A stretch of 64,000 bases of DNA. Origin: a virus (taxonomy: Duplodnaviria; Caudoviricetes). This document shows, piece after piece, positions 41,559-51,800 of this stretch (position 1 is its first letter; every line of letters starts with the position of its first letter). The stretch covers positions 1 through 64,000 of IMG/VR virus record IMGVR_UViG_3300034155_000027; one strand, 5' to 3'. A program made the translations under genes and the position numbers. The notes under the pieces were generated by a model. The model did no database searches. It worked only from the letters and a program-made list of their open reading frames with translations, and was not told the origin of the DNA.

Positions 41559-43712
41559 TTAACCTCCAGTTCCATCACCAGTTACAGCTTGTTGTATTTC
41601 TTGTCCACGTCTTTTTGTATATACTAAATTTGCAGCGTTTGATACTTTTTGATCGAAATCTTTTAATACTATATCTATTTTTAAAGGATCTGCTCGTACA
41701 TCCATTTGAATTGGTGGAAAAGTCCCTTCATTCCACGCATTAACTGGAGTAATTTCATTTGTAATATTTCCTGCATTTTTATTTATTGGAGCTAATTCTG
41801 GTTGGATTCCTCCAATAGGAGCTATTCCAGCGCCTGTACCTGGAGGCAATCTAGCTCCAACAGATTCTTTTAAAACATCTAATGAGTTATCATTGTTTTT
41901 ACCAAAGACTTGATTTATTGAATTTTTTATTGTTTCATTTCCTTTATTTATGAAATTCATAAAATTTTCATTTTGTTTTTGTAAAATATCTTCTCTTGAT
42001 TGTGATACAAAATCTGTTGATTTTTCAGTTGGTAAAACTCCTGTAGTTCCAGATCTCCCCGCTGCATTTGTCATTGCTGTTTTAGAATCAATAGTATGTC
42101 CAATTTTTAAAGCTTGTTCTATTGCTGGTAAAGTATCTTTAATAATATCATTTGTTATTAATTGTTCTTTTTCTAACCATTGATGTAATCTCATTACTGC
42201 AGATGTAGTTCTAGATTGTTCTTCCCCACCTCTGGTTACTGCTGTTTCTAGTGTTTTAGCATCTCCTTGAGTTCCCATTGTTTGAGATAAATTACCCAAT
42301 GCACCAGATTGCATTGCCTCAAGAATTCTATAAGCCTCACGATCAGTACTAGCAACACCAGCTATTTGTGTTAAATATTGTACTTGTTTATAAAACTCAC
42401 CAGACATATCTGGGTTTTGTGCGGCTTCTTTTAATGTAATTATTTGTCCACCAAACTGTTGCTGCATAGCTTGCATTGTTTTGGATAATACTTCATCCAT
42501 ATGACCAGTTTGCATTGCATATTCCATTTGATATGCTCCAGCTAATCCTCCTGGTCCACCAGTTTGCCCTGATACAAATGACATTTTTGCTAAATCTAAT
42601 TTTTGAACTCCGGCAGTCATTCCTGTAATTACTTCTTGCATAGCCGCTGGACTAATATTACTATTTTTAAATGCTTTATCAAAAGCCTCTACAACATTTG
42701 TTGCTGCATTGGTGTTATCACCTAACATTTTAAAGCTTTTAGCAATATCAGTTACTGTAGTAGTAAATGATTCAAAACGTAATTTAGAATCACCTGCTTT
42801 ATCATATATTTTTGCTATAGCTTCATAAGCACCGGTTCCACTAGTACCTAAATTTGTATACATGTCAGATAATAGTTTTCCAACTTCTGCTTGATTTCTA
42901 ATAAACCCAGTAGCCAATTGAGAAGTTGCAACTAATTGACTAATTCCAGCTGTACCAACCTGTACATTTTCATTCAAAGCACCAGGAATTGATCCAATTG
43001 TTTTTGATAAATCCATTACTGAGCTTACTGTTTGACCAGTAGCTGAAGCAGCAGTATATGTCATATTTACCATATTCATATACTCCTGGTCCATGTTTTT
43101 AAAAGAACCATTAGATTCATTAATAACAGTATTAAAATTACCCTGAGCTGCTGCTAAATGTAAAATCTCTCTTTGTAACCCATATGCTGATGTAGCTGCT
43201 TCTGAAAAATTAGTCATCATTTCAGCAATTGGTTTAGTTACTGCTTTTGATAATAATGGTTCTACATCTTTAAATGCTTTAGATATTTGAGAACCAGCAT
43301 CATAACCTGCTGTTCCTAAAGACCCCATCCCCGTAATAGCAGAAGGAATAATATCAAACATTTTTGCACCAACCAGTGCAACTTCCGTTCCTAAAACGCC
43401 CCAACCGTGAGACATTAAATCTTGGTTATTAAGATATTTAGTTACATTATCTTCTACTGTTTGAAAAAACTGAATAGATTTCATATCTAATTTTTCAATT
43501 TTATCAAGCCAAGATCCAAAGGTTGTAGTCCCTTCTGCCATTTTTGAAATAACAGCAGTTTGTGTTTCTCCTAATTTTTTAGTAAGATCAGAAACAAGAG
43601 CTACTTTTTCACCTGCTTTAGACATTCCTTCAATATAATTACTAAGATCTGCGTCTTTTGTAATTTCTACAATTTGTTTAAGTTGGTCTAGAGTAAATGT
43701 TGTTTCAGCCAT
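41559..43712 (-). CDS. Tape measure protein
   Basis: 717 aa, Ala/Gly/Gln/Met-rich and helical, located directly after the chaperone genes. Confidence 0.7.
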   Translation of the reverse strand: MAETTFTLDQLKQIVEITKDADLSNYIEGMSKAGEKVALVSDLTKKLGETQTAVISKMAEGTTTFGSWLDKIEKLDMKSIQFFQTVEDNVTKYLNNQDLMSHGWGVLGTEVALVGAKMFDIIPSAITGMGSLGTAGYDAGSQISKAFKDVEPLLSKAVTKPIAEMMTNFSEAATSAYGLQREILHLAAAQGNFNTVINESNGSFKNMDQEYMNMVNMTYTAASATGQTVSSVMDLSKTIGSIPGALNENVQVGTAGISQLVATSQLATGFIRNQAEVGKLLSDMYTNLGTSGTGAYEAIAKIYDKAGDSKLRFESFTTTVTDIAKSFKMLGDNTNAATNVVEAFDKAFKNSNISPAAMQEVITGMTAGVQKLDLAKMSFVSGQTGGPGGLAGAYQMEYAMQTGHMDEVLSKTMQAMQQQFGGQIITLKEAAQNPDMSGEFYKQVQYLTQIAGVASTDREAYRILEAMQSGALGNLSQTMGTQGDAKTLETAVTRGGEEQSRTTSAVMRLHQWLEKEQLITNDIIKDTLPAIEQALKIGHTIDSKTAMTNAAGRSGTTGVLPTEKSTDFVSQSREDILQKQNENFMNFINKGNETIKNSINQVFGKNNDNSLDVLKESVGARLPPGTGAGIAPIGGIQPELAPINKNAGNITNEITPVNAWNEGTFPPIQMDVRADPLKIDIVLKDFDQKVSNAANLVYTKRRGQEIQQAVTGDGTGG

Positions 43713-44070
43713 TATTTAAAAGAACCTTGCGTTTTTTGCGTTTTTTAGTGTTTGGTTGTGATTTTTCTAAAAGTTCTTCATGAATTAAATTTGTTGTAGT
43801 ATCAAAATCACTAGAGGAATAATCAGGGTTTTCGTTTTTAATCATTTTTTTAGCCATTTCTGGATTAAAAAAAGATCCTATTAAAATAGCTTGGTTTCTT
43901 AATTTTTCTAATTCTATTTCTTGATTATATTCCCATGACTTATACAACCATATCTTTAAATATGGGTTAATATTCTCATAAAAAGGATCATCTGGAAGTT
44001 TACCGAAGGTTTCGACTAAATATCTAATAAATTGACTTTCAGGAAGTTTAACTACTTTTGGTAATGGTAT
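43705..44070 (-). CDS. Tail assembly chaperone C-terminal extension (GT-like frameshift partner)
   Basis: Frame open from 44070 (KVVKLPESQFIRYLVETFGKLPDDPFYENINPYLKIWLYKSW...) with no ATG/GTG/TTG until TTG at 43947; overlaps the end of 44048..44695. Confidence 0.65.
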   Translation of the reverse strand: MPLPKVVKLPESQFIRYLVETFGKLPDDPFYENINPYLKIWLYKSWEYNQEIELEKLRNQAILIGSFFNPEMAKKMIKNENPDYSSSDFDTTTNLIHEELLEKSQPNTKKRKKRKVLLNNG

Positions 44071-44695
44071 TCACCACCTCTTTTACTTCTTCAGTATTTG
44101 TTGGAGTATAACCATCTATAGTTTCGGTACTTAAAATTTGATATTGTTGAAACAAATGAGTTATTAAACTATTATCCATTTCTTGAATTAATTCTTTACG
44201 ATATTCAACCTTATCTGAATATTCTTCATTAATACAACCTAATACTAAATCTATAGATTGTCCATCGATCATAAATAAAGAATGTGCTAATACTTCTACT
44301 TTAAGCCTAAATAAACTAGTAGGCGCAAAAGTAACATTACCATCTGCAGTAGTTATTCTTTCTGATGTTTCAATAACTTGGGAAACACAATTTTGTTCAA
44401 GTGTTTTTAATGTTCTTAATGTAAAAATAATTTTACCATTAATATCATCATTAATTTCAACATTTCTGGTTTTCCTTCCAATTCCAGTTAGTATTTCAAT
44501 TCTTTTTTTACCTTCTTGTAATTGTGTATTTTCTTGTTGTTGTAATTTTTCTTGAGCTTGTTGTCTTAAAAGATTTAAATCATCTTGAGTTATTTCTCTA
44601 CCAATTACTTTATTAGATTGGTTACTATCTCCAACCGTCCATTTTTTTCCAGAGTTACCTGTATTACTTTCTCCAATTGAACTATGTATTTTCAT
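44048..44695 (-). CDS. Tail assembly chaperone (G-like)
   Basis: Between the tube and tape measure genes; FTLRTLK, LAHSLFMIDG, LITHLFQQY. Confidence 0.65.
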   Translation of the reverse strand: MKIHSSIGESNTGNSGKKWTVGDSNQSNKVIGREITQDDLNLLRQQAQEKLQQQENTQLQEGKKRIEILTGIGRKTRNVEINDDINGKIIFTLRTLKTLEQNCVSQVIETSERITTADGNVTFAPTSLFRLKVEVLAHSLFMIDGQSIDLVLGCINEEYSDKVEYRKELIQEMDNSLITHLFQQYQILSTETIDGYTPTNTEEVKEVVNTITKSS

Positions 44696-44715
44696 AAATT
44701 TTTCCTTAGAAACAG

Positions 44716-44744
44716 ATCAATCCTTCGGATAAGGAAGGATTGAT
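44716..44744. terminator. 11-bp stem-loop between tube and chaperone genes (terminator/attenuator or processing site)
   Basis: ATCAATCCTTC-GGATAAG-GAAGGATTGAT; only a weak U-tract follows on the - strand. Confidence 0.55.
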
Positions 44745-44783
44745 TATACTACAACTAATTATATATCAAGGTGAAAAATTAAA

Positions 44784-45428
44784 CTAAGCTGAATCTACAA
44801 CTTTAATTAAACCAGCGGCATCCAAACCACCACGACGTCTACCAATATCTGCTTGTTTTTCAAAATAATCATTATCAATAACTTGTAATTGACGAGCAAG
44901 AGGAGCATTGGCTGCGGAATTTCCTTGTCCAATATATGAATATATATGTTCAGCTTTCCAGCTCATATCTTCAACAAGGACAAAGTTATCTGCTTGGAAT
45001 TTTTTAGCTAATTTACTTATCCAAATATTTTTAATAACTGTTGTAACAACATTATCAGCATTACCAAACCCATCAGCATCATCTTCGTCAGCTGCAAAAA
45101 TATCTAAAATTACAATATCAAATGGAATTCTCTGGGAATGTGCATGAACAAAACCACGAGAAAAGGCCGCTGCAATTCCAAGATTATCAAATCTTACACG
45201 GTTACAATTGCCAGTAATATTCGTTGATTTATCAGGAACAGAATCAATATGACCATCTGTTCCTACCTCATCAATTTCTCGAATACTTCTATCTTCATCA
45301 ATTGATAAACTTTGAATTCCTCCAATTGTGTTTCCATCAACTTGGATGATTATATTGGTACTAACCCCTGTTCTGGTAGTGTTTCTACCAGAATCTGTTA
45401 AAATTGAACCTGTGTGTGGATATACCAT
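44784..45428 (-). CDS. Tail tube protein
   Basis: IIIQVDGNTIGGIQSLSIDEDR..EVG, PFDIVI, TVIKNIWI; directly downstream of the sheath gene. Confidence 0.75.
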   Translation of the reverse strand: MVYPHTGSILTDSGRNTTRTGVSTNIIIQVDGNTIGGIQSLSIDEDRSIREIDEVGTDGHIDSVPDKSTNITGNCNRVRFDNLGIAAAFSRGFVHAHSQRIPFDIVILDIFAADEDDADGFGNADNVVTTVIKNIWISKLAKKFQADNFVLVEDMSWKAEHIYSYIGQGNSAANAPLARQLQVIDNDYFEKQADIGRRRGGLDAAGLIKVVDSA

Positions 45429-45484
45429 TCGAGATCACCTTTAAAATTATACAACTATATTAGTTGTTTTATTGTTTTGTTTAA

Positions 45485-47959
45485 TTAGTCTAACCGCCCA
45501 ACACTTATAACAATGTAAATCCAGTTTACACCATATGTTGGTTGTACTTTAACAGTTATATTCCACTGTCTTGGTTCTACAGCATCTTTTATAATTGTTA
45601 AACCAGCGTAATTTGTGATTAGTTTTTGCTGAATAAAAGATTCCATTGCAGAATGACCAACATTAAACAATGTAGATTTTGTAGTATTTGTTTCAGCTCT
45701 ACCAACATAAGGAGCATAAGTCCTTCGTAAGTTTTTTGAGATTCTATCTCTAATAAACACAATACTAATTTCTTCTTCTGTTGCCTCTAAACTATCTGTA
45801 GTTGTTTTACCCCAAATAACCCTTCCACCTCCAGCAACTGGAGTTAATAATGTAATTCCAGAATTTACAATATTTTCAGTTACTGTAGGACTATATAGTT
45901 TAGATCTTGATAATGTAAACCCAGTTAATATTTTATTGGTAATTGGTTCTTGAATTTGTGTGTTTCCAGAAAAATATCCAGCCATTGCAGCCGCAATAAA
46001 CAAACCGTTTACAGTAAGGCTATTACTTCCAGCTTTTACAACAATATCATCAGGATAATTATAAACCGTTCTATAAGTATCTCCAAATGCATTTTGTACA
46101 CCATAATTAGCTAAATCTTCTGTATTGCCAGATAGAATTTCACTAACATCATCTCCTTGAATACCTTCAAGAACTCCAATATCTTCAACAGCCGCATCTC
46201 TTGTACCAATTACATTTTGTGGTGTTAAACCACTAATTCCACCAGTAAGTAAAACTCTTTCTTTTCTATTTCTAATATTGCTCATGGTCTCAACATGAAC
46301 TTTACCAACTTGAAGAATAGAACTTATTGTTTGTGTTGGTAGTGGTACAACCATATCAACTTCAATTCTTTCTAAAGCCTCATATGCTTCGGTCCAGTTA
46401 GCATCAAAAAAATCTGCATCTTTTGTATCTACTATAGTTGCTCTTAAAGACTCTCCTAGATTTAATGCAAGATCATCTGTAAATATAATTCTTGCACTTG
46501 AAGAAATTGAATCTAATACAAAAAATTCTACACTTGTTTCATTTCCACCAACCCCATCAGCTTTATACAACACTAATTTATTATTTGAAATTCCAGTAAT
46601 TGTATAAATACCATCATTACCAACTGTAGAGTTTTGAATCTCTAATGTTCTAGTAGCTGCTAAATCTTCAAGAGAAAAATCTACAGCGTTACTAGCAAGA
46701 GTTGCTGTATTTGCTCCGGTTGTCACAAAAACACCATCCAAAGCTTCTTTTTGAACTGAGCTATCTAAAATTACAGTATAAGAATAATCATAATCAGTTC
46801 CAGTAATGAAACCATCTGGATTAGCCGTAATAGTAGCGTTGTAAAAGGCAACCTTATTGGGAATGATTTGAGTTTCTTCATGTGTTGTTGGGTTTGTGAT
46901 AAAGAAATTAATATTTGAATCAACATCAGGAATAATATTTAATGGCAACTCAAACGTTACATCTTCAGGATCACTTTGACCATTTGCCGAAGACACTAAT
47001 GAATAAGAAACTCTACGTGGAATTGCTGGTTTTGTTTGAATAGCATATACGCCAGGGGTTCCGTTTGCCCATGCTAATTGAGCTCCTAAAGATAAAGTAT
47101 TAGTAGCTGATGGTTGTCCGTGTTTTGCAGCTACTGCATTTAAATCATCAAACCATTGTGGATCATTTAAATCAATTTGAGAAATATATCTAGCAGATAA
47201 ACTATCACCTTCAACTAAAGAACCACCACTAACCTGAATAACAAAATTATCTCCTTCTTGGAAATAAGTTAAACCTTCAGAAATTGAGAATCTAAGAACA
47301 GTATTATCAACAACCGAACCATTAGACTGCCAAGAAACCTGATTACCATAACCATCTAAAAGAATTCCGCTTTCTGAACCACGAGCAATAAATCTAGCAT
47401 ACCCATCAATAGGGTTTCCATTTCCATCTCTACGAACACTTGAACAACGAATAGTCCAAGTTTCTGGTGGAGCATTAACATCGATTAAAGAAAGATTACT
47501 AATTAAACCATTACCAACGTTAGAACCTGCTGGTAAATAAAATTCTCCACCTTGATCTACTAATGATGCAGCTTGTAATTCTATTTGTCCGGTAACAGAA
47601 TCTAATCTAGCATCATATTTAGAATCAAAAGCATTAGAATCAATTGTATCTTCTAATACACTTAATTCAACACCATTTTTAAATAATCTAGAACGATTTT
47701 CAATTACTGGAGCCACAACAGTACGGCCACCTCCTAAAAGAAAGTGTCTACCATCAGCACCTGTAGTAGATGTATAAGATGAGTTTAAACCATCATTACC
47801 ATTCCCCTGGGCAGATCCAATTAGGATTTCTTCTTTAAGACCTTCTCCCATAAGCACAGCAATACGATTACCTGCTGGAACAGCAACGCCACTCTGAATT
47901 GTTTGAGCTTCAGAATATGCACCCGGAACTACATTCATTGCACCTGAAATATTGGCCAT
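45485..47959 (-). CDS. Contractile tail sheath protein
   Basis: N-terminal PGAY, HVETMSNIRNRKER, IAAAMAG, PITNK, GITLL, EISIVFIRD, VQPTYGVNWIYI. Confidence 0.88.
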   Translation of the reverse strand: MANISGAMNVVPGAYSEAQTIQSGVAVPAGNRIAVLMGEGLKEEILIGSAQGNGNDGLNSSYTSTTGADGRHFLLGGGRTVVAPVIENRSRLFKNGVELSVLEDTIDSNAFDSKYDARLDSVTGQIELQAASLVDQGGEFYLPAGSNVGNGLISNLSLIDVNAPPETWTIRCSSVRRDGNGNPIDGYARFIARGSESGILLDGYGNQVSWQSNGSVVDNTVLRFSISEGLTYFQEGDNFVIQVSGGSLVEGDSLSARYISQIDLNDPQWFDDLNAVAAKHGQPSATNTLSLGAQLAWANGTPGVYAIQTKPAIPRRVSYSLVSSANGQSDPEDVTFELPLNIIPDVDSNINFFITNPTTHEETQIIPNKVAFYNATITANPDGFITGTDYDYSYTVILDSSVQKEALDGVFVTTGANTATLASNAVDFSLEDLAATRTLEIQNSTVGNDGIYTITGISNNKLVLYKADGVGGNETSVEFFVLDSISSSARIIFTDDLALNLGESLRATIVDTKDADFFDANWTEAYEALERIEVDMVVPLPTQTISSILQVGKVHVETMSNIRNRKERVLLTGGISGLTPQNVIGTRDAAVEDIGVLEGIQGDDVSEILSGNTEDLANYGVQNAFGDTYRTVYNYPDDIVVKAGSNSLTVNGLFIAAAMAGYFSGNTQIQEPITNKILTGFTLSRSKLYSPTVTENIVNSGITLLTPVAGGGRVIWGKTTTDSLEATEEEISIVFIRDRISKNLRRTYAPYVGRAETNTTKSTLFNVGHSAMESFIQQKLITNYAGLTIIKDAVEPRQWNITVKVQPTYGVNWIYIVISVGRLD

Positions 47960-48072
47960 TTAAAATCCTCTAAAACTTATAAGTATCAATTGTTATGTTG
48001 TACTATTGATATTTTAGCTCTTTCTAAACTATACTTTAATATGCTATTATTCCTAAATTTGTTACCAAAGAA

Positions 48073-48879
48073 TTAAATATTTTCTATTTGATCTAATATA
48101 GAAATTGTTTGGTTTATCATTAAATTTGGATCTGTAATATCCATTGACCCAATAACCCCAAAATCTACACAAATATTAATTCTTTCAATTACCCCATCTA
48201 TAGGAATTAATCGTCTCCATTCTGTTCTAATATCTACAGATACAGTAGCTTTATATAATTTATCTTGTTGACGATCTTCGCTTTCTGATATTCCACCCAT
48301 ACTTGGTTGACCAGACTTTACTAAAATTCCTGCTTTCCTTAAACTTTCAAACCTAATATCAGCAAATAAAAGCATTATTATACTAACCAAATTATCACGA
48401 TCAAAAATATCTCTAGAAATTATATCGATAGATATTGTACCTTCCCACGCACCTGCTAAATCAATATATTTTGGTATAAAATATTCTTTTTCGTTTCCAT
48501 ATCCATCAATTACTAATTGCTTTTCATATTCTACAACTTCTTTATTTCTATTAAACCCAATTGGTACAGATTTAGCAGATGTCATTTTTACTAATACTGC
48601 AGGATAATATATTGCATCAAATCTAAAAGCCTCACCAATAAATATACGTGTTGTTGAATCATCATTATACCCAGCACCTAAAGGAAGATCTGTATGATCT
48701 GGAACCTTTGGATATCCCCATTCATCACATGTATATTTATAATATGAATCTTTACTAAATTCTTCTCTTAACATCCCAATGATTAATTCTTTAGGATAGG
48801 ACATCAGAGTGTTTTGTACCACATTATAAATTTGATACAAATCTGTTCTGACAATATTTCCTGTTGCAGGAGTAGTCAT
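48073..48879 (-). CDS. Putative tail completion/terminator (neck) protein
   Basis: Upstream of the sheath gene; YPAVLVK, ISIDIISRD..DRDNL, SVDIRTEW. Confidence 0.5.
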   Translation of the reverse strand: MTTPATGNIVRTDLYQIYNVVQNTLMSYPKELIIGMLREEFSKDSYYKYTCDEWGYPKVPDHTDLPLGAGYNDDSTTRIFIGEAFRFDAIYYPAVLVKMTSAKSVPIGFNRNKEVVEYEKQLVIDGYGNEKEYFIPKYIDLAGAWEGTISIDIISRDIFDRDNLVSIIMLLFADIRFESLRKAGILVKSGQPSMGGISESEDRQQDKLYKATVSVDIRTEWRRLIPIDGVIERINICVDFGVIGSMDITDPNLMINQTISILDQIENI

Positions 48880-48896
48880 AGAAAAATACTAGAAAA

Positions 48897-51800
48897 TTAG
48901 TATAAATATTTTAAAGTTGGTTTTAACATAGTTAATGAACCCGCTCCAGTTGGACCAATATAACAACCTGGTTTCAAAATATCTTCAGTTGTTCCTTGTT
49001 TTATCCTAATTGTTGCAGTATTATTTAATGGTTCATTTGGTCTTTCACCAGTATATAAAGCTCCGTTTCTATAGGTTAATCTAAAGTTACCATCAGTAGA
49101 AATATTATATCCTAATACTTTTCTATTATTAATTTCTAAAACCAGTTCAGGATATGCATTATTGGCTATTTGTCCTTCTAGTGTAGAACCTGTAACTACC
49201 CAATCTCCTACAACGGTTACAGTTATATCAAAAGACAATAAACTAGTGTGTTTTGGAATTAAAGAATAAACAGGAATAACAATTCCAACCGTACCATCAT
49301 TGGTTGCTCCAGAACCATCCCATGTCCAAATTATAGAGTCTGTATTTTCAATTCTGGCCAAACCTGTATTTGGTGTTCTGCAATATAATGAAATTCTTTC
49401 ATTGCCCACTGCTGAAATATTAGGATCAGAAGCGGGTGTAGGTGTTTCGTTAAACAATAATGATGATACTGGGAAAACTGTCGCCGAACATTCTGAAACT
49501 TGATTTATATTATGTGCAAAAGAAGAGTTTAAAGGATTCCAAATGCTACTTCTAATAACATTTAAATTAGTAAAATAACTACTTCCATAAGCATATCCAT
49601 CATATCCGTCATAACCATCATAAAGTTCATTTGACAATATAAAATGACTCATATTATTGCCATATACAGACGCATCAGTATTAGCAAAAATAAAATAAGA
49701 TATATTAGTTTCATCACGTTTGTGTAATGTATTACCAATAATTGTACTTGGCTGATCAGGATGGAATCCAAAGTTAAATATTCCATATCCATTTGTACTA
49801 ATATTATTTATTATATTTCCAGATATTGTTACACCACCCTCAGTATAAATATTGTATAAATATCCATTTACTAAACCGTCAATAATATTATCAGAACATA
49901 TTACGTTTGAAACATCAAACGAATTACTCACTGTTGTAATAGCTCTTTTATTGTTTATATCATCATATAATGGAATAAATTTATCAATTAAAATATCACT
50001 TCTTCTAGTAATAATATTTTTAGAAATAATTGTTTTTAATTGATCTACACCAGCTGTCGTTTCTGCTTTTAGATAAGAACAAGTATTTCCTTGAATTATA
50101 TGTTCTGTAGAATATCCATGTGTATCTGTAATGCTTAATCCATAAGTAAGATTTTCAGTATGCATTGTAGCTGTAATACCATCTAAAATTACTTCAGATA
50201 TATTGTTTTCAATTAATAATTTTCCACCATCAGTAAGATAACAAATATAACCAAATTTATTATTTGTAATTTTAATATTATCTATATTTACTTTATTAAC
50301 AGATAACCATTCTCCAGCCGTACCGTTTTCTTGAACCGAAGAAGCACTAATTAATAATCCTTGATTATTAATTGCAATATTTTCTGAAATTATTATGTTA
50401 GAAAATGTTGGAGATGTTAATGATGTGGGGTCTGTATTTGCAAAAGCAATTGCTAAACAATATGTACTGGTGCCTTCATCTATAAATGTGTTACCAAAGA
50501 ATTTTCCATTTTTAAATGTTGCATTTGGACTGTAAATTCCAATAAATGGAGGCCGTTGTATTCCAGAATAATAAAATGTAGTATTTTCTATTCCGAAATT
50601 TTCCATGCTTATAACAGAAGAAATTGCTATTGCTGCCCTTGATAATTCAACATTAAAAATATTTGAAATATGAGTATACCAAGGATCTTCTAGTGTATAA
50701 AACACTTTAGCATTTTTAATTTTCCAATTACCAGAAGCAAATATCAAACCTTCAACAATTTGAACATCATAAGTACCACCAATTAAATTTACTTCTTTGG
50801 TAAAAGACAAAGTGGTAGGTGAATCAATTTTAACATATTGTACTTGTACTTCATTAACACCATATTCATTTACCCAGTTCATTAATGAATCTGGTGTTTT
50901 AAATGAAGAATTATACCCATCTTCACTTTCAGCCATAGAAAAACTAAACGTGCTAATATCTTGATTATATACAAACCTACGAGCATCAGTTACTTCTAAT
51001 AAATTATATGTTATAGTTCCAAGTGAGTTTGCAACTTGAGCTTTAACTCTTGCAATAATTGTTAAATCTTTTCGTTTATCAACAATTTCTGCAAATGTTA
51101 ATGTTTCTACAAAATATTCATAATCAGCAGTAAAGAATTGTGATCCGTTATCTTTAATTATTGCTTTTAATTGTCCAGTCTCAGTAACACAAATAAAGAA
51201 CTCTAACACTGATGTTAAAGTTGTATATATTTCAGGAAGTTTAACATCAAAAGAATCCATAGCAACAAACGAACCATTTACTAATGCCATACCACCAGTA
51301 AATTCTAATACAGATTGTGTAATTCCAGTTTGTTCATACTCAAAACCACGCACAATTCCGTTTGTGTGTAAATACCTTTCTCCAGACTCAATAAATTGTA
51401 TTGCAGAATCAGTGAAATTTTCTTCTGATAAAGTACCAAACTCTCTTAAATCTGTAATTGATTGATATGTCATACTATCATGACTTACACCAGCTACAGT
51501 TAAATATTCATTATGATTTCGTAAACTTGGGAAAATTTCAATATCTACATATCTTGAAATACTATCTATTGGCAATAATATTGAACCAGGAGAATTTGCA
51601 TTTTCTCTAAATTCAATATCAATAAAGTTTACATATGTATTATCATAAAACCTAACAGGAAAATCTTTTCTTCCTCTAGTTAAAGGACCATTATTAATGG
51701 TTCCATTTCCAACAGGATCTCCAAGATATCCATCAAATTCTCCTGTAATTTGATTATAATCAGTTACAACAAATCTTGTAAAATATCTAAAATCATTTCC

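Noticed and set aside
45451-45467. ACAACTA-TAT-TAGTTGT hairpin between sheath and tube genes
   Set aside because: Weak AT-rich stem whose U-tract is on the non-coding strand; insufficient support for a terminator call.
15412-48879. Bacterial extracellular contractile injection system or eukaryotic giant virus
   Set aside because: The G/GT-type chaperone, neck-like gene, intein, HNH and Shine-Dalgarno-like sites fit a tailed phage better. No capsid or terminase is in the window, so this is not fully excluded.
49593-49619. DGY arrays as simple DNA microsatellites
   Set aside because: Synonymous codons differ between units, and most DGY copies are dispersed singletons.
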